Assembly: GCA_905331295.1 (NCBI GenBank)
Contig: CAJNYD010000074.1
Location: forward strand, 62,001-126,000
Source: Rotaria socialis
Lineage: Eukaryota
DNA: 64,000 bases
Direction: 5' to 3'
The notes below the pieces were generated by a model that ran no database searches, was not told where the DNA came from, and saw only the letters and a list, made by a program, of their open reading frames with translations. Positions 55,529 through 64,000 of this stretch are shown in pieces. The first letter of the stretch is position 1; each line of letters opens with the position of its first letter. The translations under genes were made by a program, and so were the position numbers.

Positions 55529-56402
55529 AAAAAAAAACAATTACACAAAGATCATAGTGTCTTCTCATTGGAATGTTATTTCTGTGAGATTACATGATCT
55601 TATTTTATATAATTTCTGAATAAATTTCAAGAATTTTATACTAATCAAGATATAGGACGATTAAACGAATACATAAATATTCATATGCAAATATTTCTCA
55701 TGAGAAATTCTGATTAAATCAAAATGTGGTAGTAGAGCAAATATGCGACTAACAAATAAATATGCAGTAGTCAAACATATTATTGAATAGGATTCCGTAT
55801 GAATGTCATGGCTGAAGGAAGTATATTTTCGTCATAAATCAGTTTGAAAAAACTACTCACTTCCCCATTTTTCTACTACACCCACTTATCAATCGTTAGG
55901 ATTATGCTGGCTTCAATGGCAGATAATATTATTCACACATGAAATTATTAGCAACATTAATTATCATACGGAATGAGTCTACCGAAATATTTTCATAACA
56001 ATAATCTAAGTTTTGTTGTCAGTGACTTCAATACATTCGATTGTCTACAGAACTATAGAAACAAACAGGCACGCTATTAACTTTCAAACTAAAAAGTTAC
56101 TATACAAACAATTGTTACTAACAACTTTCATGTACACACATACCAAATGCATTGGTGCCTTATTTTCACTGACGAGTCACTGTTTTAATCGTTCCTAACA
56201 ACATCACAGGTACCATAAAATGCACTCTATTTAATGGTACACAGGAGAGAATGTATATAGTGAATCTAATGTCTAGACAATAGGTCCGCATGTGCTAGAG
56301 ACGAAAAAAAAATATTCCTTCACAGTTATGTAAAACTCGACTAAGACCCAGACGCAGTAGTTTATAAATAAAAATTAATTTTACTCTAAAAACAAACATA
56401 TG

Positions 56403-56667
56403 GCTGACATTCACCATATTTTCAGAAGAATAAAACACTATGATAGAAAAGAAATATTTTTGTGAAAGTCTTAACGAATAAAGATTACTCGGAGCGACAA
56501 AGTATTAATGAGTCAATCTATCAACAAAATAGAGCTGACATTCACCATATTTTCAAAAGAATAAAACACTATGATAGAAAAGAAATATTTTTGTGAAAGT
56601 CTTAACGAATAAAGATTACTCGGAGCGACAAAGTATTAATGAGTCAATCTATCAACAAAATAGAGCT
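56403..56667. repeat. 131-bp direct tandem duplication
   Basis: Units start at 56403 and 56534 (GCTGACATTCACCATATTTTC..CAACAAAATAGA); one visible mismatch; GCT is repeated at the junction and at the end. Confidence 0.95.
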
Positions 56668-56789
56668 TATCAATTTCTATAAAACAGCTCATGTTATGTC
56701 TACATACATCAACAAGCGCTTTGTATTAACACGTTCTGTAGATTAAGTTTTACATCAAACAAATCTTTTATTACTAATAGTAATCTGGT

Positions 56790-57293
56790 ATGCATTGAAA
56801 ATGTCGACAACGAGATGTCGAAAAACAAATGTCGAACGTATCGAAAATTGTTAGATATCATCATTAAACAATATTGATTTTGTTTTATTTTCTATTTTTC
56901 CTCAATAAGTAATTTTGTGAACGAACATTCTACAATATAGCACAAATAGGAATTACAAAAGAACAGACAGCATTGCTCTACGGCCTTCTATATGTTTGGT
57001 TTTGCTTTTAGATATGCCAGTACGCACTTTTGGAGTTTCAGCACTTAATTCTTTCGACCCTATAATGTCCAGTGATACAAGTTTTTCTTGATTTCAACAA
57101 AAGTTACTGACAACTGATTCGGAATGTTGTGTTTTACAAATTCAATAAATAAACATCGTCGAAGATATATTGGATCTGTAACGCTAAGAATTACAAAGCC
57201 AAGGTTCATACTGATTCAAATCATAAGTTTTTTTAAATTTGAAAGGTGAACATTTATTTTTCGACATACATTTTTCGATGTTTTCATATGCAT
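56790..57293. mobile_element. MITE-like element of about 500 bp with about 45-bp imperfect TIRs
   Basis: Left ATGCATTGAAAATGTCGACAACGAGATGTCGAAAAACAAATGT; reverse complement of right end ATGCATATGAAAACATCGAAAAATGTATGTCGAAAAATAAATGT. Confidence 0.7.
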
Positions 57294-58256
57294 TAAAAAA
57301 ATGTATTCTTTTCTTTTCTAGAAGCGATTTCACAGATAGAATAGAAAAGGAAACTGTAACACTGCACTAATATATATCATCAAATAAAATTTGAAGAATA
57401 AACCAACATTACCTAAGCGAAATTAATCTTCTATATTCTTGGTGAATAGAATTGAAATCAGTCTAACAATATTGATATGATTATAGAACGAGACAAACAA
57501 ATGCTGTATACTAAGTAGTTAAATCGACACCACAATAAACGAGCCTCCGCCAATTATGGAACGCGCACCAATCCTGATTAATTCCGATAGAGGATGATCG
57601 AAAAGATACCTAGCTAATAAATATACTAGATTGAACGATTCCTGTTCACATCGTTGCATGTGTACAATTCTAGTATAAATCAATTGGTATACTCATTGTA
57701 AGACAAGAACACATTTCACCGACGGTTTTTTCAGTTTAAACGCACTGGAACATTTAAAAATAGACTCGAAACATGCATTCAATACGGACAATTCTTTTTT
57801 GAATAATTGTAGAAGGACAACTAAAACTTGATACATGATCATGCAAACATTCATGATTCACTAATTCTATATTGAGATCGTAGTACATCACATACTTTTT
57901 CTCGTCGCTTAATTCTTTAGCATCGTGATATAAAATTTGAAATATTTTTTCAGATTTTTTAAACATATCCTATAACAATATTCAGTAGTATTCATTGTGG
58001 AAAAATTCTTCTTGTGACTATCATTCAATCAATACGCATTTTATTTTGTTTTTATACATATATATTCTTTATTTTTGAGTCTTATGTACGTACAAATACC
58101 ACGCACAATTTTAAAAATAAGAGCACATGAAGAAACACACATACATTATAGGCGAAAATAAACTCGTAGAAATCGAAGGAGAAATGAAGAAAATTTCAAT
58201 CTGAAACCGTTCATATTCCATTTGAATTCTTATTGATTAAAAATTCACGTTCATTT

Positions 58257-61200
58257 TCATGTTATTGATAGAAATGGGATTTCTTCCGACATTGTTGTTG
58301 TATCTAATGGTTCTTCTTTAACATTAATTGTTACTGGTTCAATATTTTCTATTGGTTTAAGATCTTCTTTTTTAACAAATATCGTGTCAACAAGACTAAC
58401 AAATGACATCGATGAAAGATATTTCGGTTTCGTTGAATCTTCTTCTTCTTCGTCTTCAGATGATAATGATGATAATAAATCTTTAATAATTTTGTTGTCA
58501 TTTTCTGATTTAATAGCAACAGTAGCCATTGCATTGTCAAAAACTTGAGAATCTGTCGAGTTATTACTAGTTTCATCTGTAATGTGTTCATTTAATGGAA
58601 AGCGATCATTAATAGATGATACTAATCGGTTCTCATGTGTTTCCTATTTATAAAAAAAGCAACAAAAAATTCATAAAGGTTATACTGCTTGTCGGGAAAT
58701 AGTTATGGGTAATGTGAGAATATACCTGTAGATTGGACTCTCTTTTTACTCTCATAGTTTCTATTACATGCTTTCATGTCGGAAAGAAGATCTATTTTCT
58801 GATAGTAAGTATTTTTAGTATCATGAAATACTACCTCATAATAATAAAAGTAACTGAGATTTTGAATATTTTGATAGGCTGTATAAAGGTTGAATTTTTA
58901 ACAGTGAGTAATTGTGGAGCTATAGATAAAGAAATTAGTATGCAACTGAGTACATTTTAAGCATAGGCAGGTAGTTCTCGTCGAGATAAGTTTTAAAAAT
59001 AAAATCTTCATTCAAGTCTAAAGTTTGATCGAATGCTATGATATTTTCAGAACATTCACAACAACGGAGACAAAACTACGAACTCTTTTTGAGGATGAGA
59101 AATGTGTTTTTACCTGATATTGAACATCTTGATAACAAATCGGATGATAAGTTTTCCCATCAACTCTCATAGCATCTTTTAAACACCATTCTTCTCGATT
59201 GTCGTCAAAGAAGTTTTCAAATGGATCATGACAAACATAACAACGCTACAAAAAAAATACAATCAAATACTCTTATCAAATGAACAAAAAATCTGCTATA
59301 AACATACGTCATCATTGGTATCACCACTGGCTTGCGCTGGACAAGAAACAAATTCTAACGATGATACTGATGCTCTATTGTTTGTATCTTTAGGCTGACG
59401 ATTTTGTGTTAATTTCAATTGACTATTTCGTATTTGTTCATCGATATTTTCTTCATAGACAGTCCATTCTTGTAAAGATGGATACCAATCTCTACATCGG
59501 TCTAATAGTGCAGCTGGGGTTGACGCTTGTCGATTTTCCCAATAGTGCCAATCAAGATGATGTGTATATAAATGTTTTTGTTTAGCTGTAAAACGAAGTC
59601 CACATAAACGACATTGATATTTACCAAAATATAATTGTTGAATAACACCACTATATTTCCTATTCATAGAATAATAAAGAAATTATGATAAAGAAATTCT
59701 TCTATGATGAAAACAAAAATTTTCATACTTTTTTAATGTATTAATATTAGCATCAATAAGTGATGGCACTAATGCAATGCTTTCATCATCGAAATTATGT
59801 GAGCGTATTGTATGATTTGTTGATGCATCATAACATGGTCGTTTACTTTTTTCATCAGAATGAGAATGATTATTACTATTTTCATCATGTGGACGTTTTA
59901 TTGAAGGACTAAGACGACCCGCTGTTGACGATGGGACTTGAGATGGAAAATTATTCGGAACAAGATTAAATGGAGGTGGAGCTGGAGGTAATGGTGGAAT
60001 ATAAGGTAAAAGAGGATTATTTGGTGCATAGGACGATAGAGCACCAACAGCAGCTAAAATTTGCATTGCATGACGTTGAGTATCATTGCCATAGCCAGCA
60101 AATGGAAATGCTGATAGCGATAAGGTTGTTGCTGTTGACGGATGTTGTTGAGGAAATTGAAGAGGTGTTGGCTGCTGCGAAAACTGAAGGGTAGATGGTT
60201 GAAATGGATTATTCGATGCTGCCGATGTAATCGATGGCATTGTATTGGCTAGAGACGTTACGACTGAATGAGTGCTATTATTGATTAATGATGGAGTTGT
60301 ACTGAAATAAAAATTAAGATAAAGATAATTGTGAATAATTTTTTCTGTAATTCTGTTTTATCATGTATGAATTGTAATAAAAAGTTTTATTTTCACAAAC
60401 ACTTCTCAACAAACACAAAGATTCTATTGACGGCGAAAATTTCGGGGTCTACCTTTTTATCTTTTCGTAGTCGTAAAATGAATAAATATGTCATGGAAAA
60501 TATTCTATGTTAGACGTTTCAATTAGAAATATTACTTCAATGAATGCATTACACTTGTTCAATGAATTTCTTTTTATTCACTGTTGAGATTATTTATGAT
60601 CGCATTAACTTCATTTTAAAATTATACTCTAATAATATGTTTTCTTCTACTTATCTAAACAATCAAATATATAATACTACTAACGTTGATGGCACAGTAA
60701 GTCTTTGAACTTCATTTTGAAGTATATTTTGAAGTAATTTAAGTGTTGCTTGATATTCTTCTGAAGAAAGTTCTTTTGATTTAAACTTTTGCTCAGCCAA
60801 TGACAAACATTTTGAATTTAATTCAAACAAACGATCTGTATCAAGACTTGTTGTTGTTACTTTTGGTTGTGTATTTACATCTGTATCACGATAATCTATA
60901 TCAGCACCACCAAATAACACATCACTAGAAATTAAAAAGAAAAATGAAGTTAATTCCCGGCAAAATATACAACATATTTGTTTTTGTTTTTTTTGTAAAG
61001 CTTACTCATTATTTTGAGCAGTATGATTCATAACCGGAGCAGTTTTCTCGGCAGATAATTTATTATTCGATACTTCTTCCGGTGAAGCCTCATGATTATT
61101 ATTATTAGCAGTAAATTTTCCTTCGTTTTCTTTTTTTCTGTTTGATTGTTGTTGTTGTTGCTCATCATCATTGTCTTTAATGATCATTTGCTCTATTTCT

Positions 61201-62500
61201 TGCCTATTTGGTTCTTTTCGATCGATTGGTATCATATGATATGCATCATCTCTCGATGATGTATCAGAATTTTTTACAGCTCGATCATTGTCTTCTTGTT
61301 TTGCCGGTGGTCTTGGTTGATGGGCAGGTAATGGTGCCGTTGGTTTATTCTTGAACAAGAGAAGAAAAATCAATTTTTAATAGAGACTGCTATCTGTCAA
61401 ATAATGAGTAATTGGGCTCTTTGTGAATATGATCTTATATCAATAGCGTTTTTAATTCTGTGGAAGATTGATGAGCCAAGAAATTTTCATTCAGTCTAGA
61501 AGTTTTACTTTTTGAGCATATAACAAATTGGTGGAGTAGAAGATTCTTTACAAAACGTGATATTTAGCATGGAAAACATGCAGATTAAATTGTTTTGTTG
61601 AAAGAGCTTTTGATGCGGCATTTTGTAGTCTAGCTCCTTGTCTACAGGCGTTACATGAACAAAGATTGCAAGTTTTATTTTCGAATTATAATAATTAAAA
61701 TTCGAAAAACAAAGTACGGCTATAAATAACTTTTAGATTCTTTAAAAATTATTTTCTTTGTTCTCAAACAAAACTTGAGAAAAATCTTCTTAGCTTACTT
61801 TTCACAAGAATGCAAAATATTGATAGAAAATTACAACTTTTAACTTATCCGTACTTCAAAATCGTGCAAATATCTTTTCAATAAAACTTTCCTACAACAC
61901 ATCATATTCTACATACTCGTTGAATGAAATCTGGATTGATATGAATAGTAGGTGTAGACGGAGATGGATCAGGTACCCGAGCTGTTATTGGCCAAGCTGG
62001 ATCAATATAATGTGTCCTAGTATCGAGATTATGCAGTGTTCCACCACTAAAATATTGTGGCCATGTTTGACGAAGTTTAAACATTGCTAAACGTGTTCGT
62101 TCATCAACCTAATCATTGATAATAAATGAAAAGTTCTGCATTTTATTTTTCTCATTACAAACCTTATTGAAAGCACTTGCAAAAATAACAGGTAATTTAT
62201 TTTCAAACAATTGTATATAAGTTGTTGAACGTAAATTTTTTACTATGGAATCAAGTACATATAGTACAGGCAGAACATAATCGCCTTTTGTCTGAAATCG
62301 AAAAGAAAATATATTGAAATCTTCGATAAACGATGAATACGAACTTCAAGTATACGTTCTTCAATAGCACGTACGATCTGCGGTGCGTTATGTATTTTTT
62401 CTTCTGCAAGTATTGTTAAAAAATTGATTAATGGTTTACTATTTATTTTTAAATCATTTAGAGCATTTTTAAAATCTTGATAATCATCTTTTACAGCCAT
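58257..62500 (-). CDS. PCF11: Pre-mRNA cleavage factor PCF11
   Basis: CID domain LNDLKINSKPLINFLTILAEE..LPVLYVLDSIVKN..MFKLRQTW..DPAWPI; zinc fingers QCRLCGLRF..HLDWHYWEN..RDWY and CYVCHDPFENFFDDNREEWCLKDA..YHPICYQD. Confidence 0.96.
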
Positions 62501-64000
62501 TATTTATGAATTATTTGATTTGAATAGGGGATGACTAGAATTAATCAAAGCATTTTAAAAAAAAGATTTAAAAAAAGTTACATTTATTCACCCGAATAAA
62601 TAATTTCAAATGAGTTCAATTCTAGGCCAATATACAACTATTCCCTTTAGAAAGATGAACAAATTGACAAATCAAAATAAGAAAAAAATATTATCTTGAA
62701 TAAGAGAGAAATAAAAAAAACAAATTGATTATGAATTAGAAAAATCTAAAAATCAAATATTTTATATGGCAACTTATTATATGTAATATTCAAATTGGCA
62801 GCAAGTTTATTTTAGTTGATTTCAATTGATAATGTTGATCCGCACAGGAACAGAACATACATCGTTGTCTTTGAGGGAGTTTTTCGAAGGCTATATTAAA
62901 TGGTTATCTCCCGTATCTCCCAAACTTATTAAGCATGGTTTGATCGAACGAGTTTTTTTCTTATGCTTACAGTTTTCGTTCATGATATGTAGGGTAAATG
63001 TGAACCATAGATGGTCTAATTTTTTCTGTGTAAATAAAATTGAATATTTCATACGATAATCGAAACTAACTTCGGGTGTATGTTTTTGTGTTGTTTTGAA
63101 ACATATTGTTTCGTTCACTCAGTATTATCAAAACGTTGTTAATTTTACCGAAGAAAATTTGTTTCAACGAAAGCAAGTACACATTTCGTTTTCAGTCAAT
63201 TCTCACAGCAAAAAAAGCACGTCGATTTATTGACGTATTTAAAGAAAAATAGAAACAACTTAAGTTTTTTCGATGAAAATATGAATTTAGCCTTTTCTAT
63301 ATAGACAATCTTGTCGTTCAAAGTCTGTTTAAAGTCTCAAAAAATAAGATCATTTTTAGTCAGTAAAACAAAGCGGAAGAAAGGTGTACACCCTAATTCA
63401 AAATTTTATTAATTCATTTTGTTGAAAACTAGACGTTAAATCACATCAGCGGTTAGCCGAATTTTTTCAAGGTCATTGTTTTATCGAGACTTTCTCCTCG
63501 TGAAGGACATCACTCACACGCTAGATAAAAACACTCATCGAGATATCGAGGCATTGTGTTTATCCTATTCAAAAATGTACTCGATATTTAGGAGCATGTT
63601 TATCGATATGAGCAAAACTTGCCTCTAGGCTTCAGTATAAATCATGTAAAATGAACTCTAGTATTATCATTTGCATAGATGGATAAACTTAGCGGCTAAG
63701 TTGCATATGAATAAAAACAATTCAGTTGGAAGTTTGTTTTTCATCACGAGCATTATTTTTTTTTTCTAATATTTTGATGTAATTTGAATTAGTCGCTGAA
63801 TTTATAAAGAAAATGTGCTCAAGAAATAAAATAGAACCATTAAAGTTTACTATTTTTCCGGAAGATCTTTTAATTAGAAATAAATTTTCATAGTACAGAA
63901 AAAAATAATAATTAGTAAAGTATGTTTTTTTTCTCTGTTATTTGATCGATACTCGTCAGATAGAATAGAATAATCTTATTTAGAATATTATCTGGCAATG

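Noticed and set aside
57754..57966. 70-aa ORF downstream of PCF11
   Set aside because: Flanked by stops, unrecognisable; at most a pseudogene fragment.
58726..58760. Possible 35-nt poison exon in the last PCF11 intron
   Set aside because: Flanking exons already join in phase 0; ag/gt words this short arise by chance in AT-rich DNA.
61350..61915. Intronic polyadenylation autoregulation of PCF11 as in vertebrates
   Set aside because: AATAAA-type words are too frequent in this composition to count as evidence without 3'-end data.
62826..63700. Short ORFs and TE-like sequence at the right end
   Set aside because: No transposase motif or defined termini visible.

Overview
Eukaryotic, AT-rich animal genomic DNA with many short (about 45-65 nt) GT-AG introns. 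The gene style and the mix of metazoan genes with a microbial-type enzyme gene point to a bdelloid rotifer (inference). There is no prokaryotic operon, CRISPR array or rRNA/tRNA that I can see. In order, the intron-split genes are: an acidic low-complexity gene running off the left edge with two alternative first exons; an LRR protein; a CPES-like CDP-alcohol phosphotransferase; ADRM1/Rpn13; APLF; an unusual ZnF-UBP + catalytically dead HDAC fusion with HDAC6 domain order reversed; SoxC; an RRM protein; an isopenicillin-N-synthase-like non-haem iron oxygenase with one intron (horizontal-transfer candidate); teashirt/tiptop; an orphan basic protein; HADHB thiolase; MTSS1/MIM; an SLC17 transporter; and PCF11. 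Introns and intergenic DNA carry Helentron/DINE-1-like non-autonomous elements, MITEs, hairpins and a 131-bp tandem duplication. The two most interesting items are the permuted ubiquitin-binding pseudo-HDAC (17.9-19.8 kb) and the IPNS-like gene (27.1-28.1 kb). All family assignments come from motif recognition by eye, not database searches, and exon boundaries were read manually.
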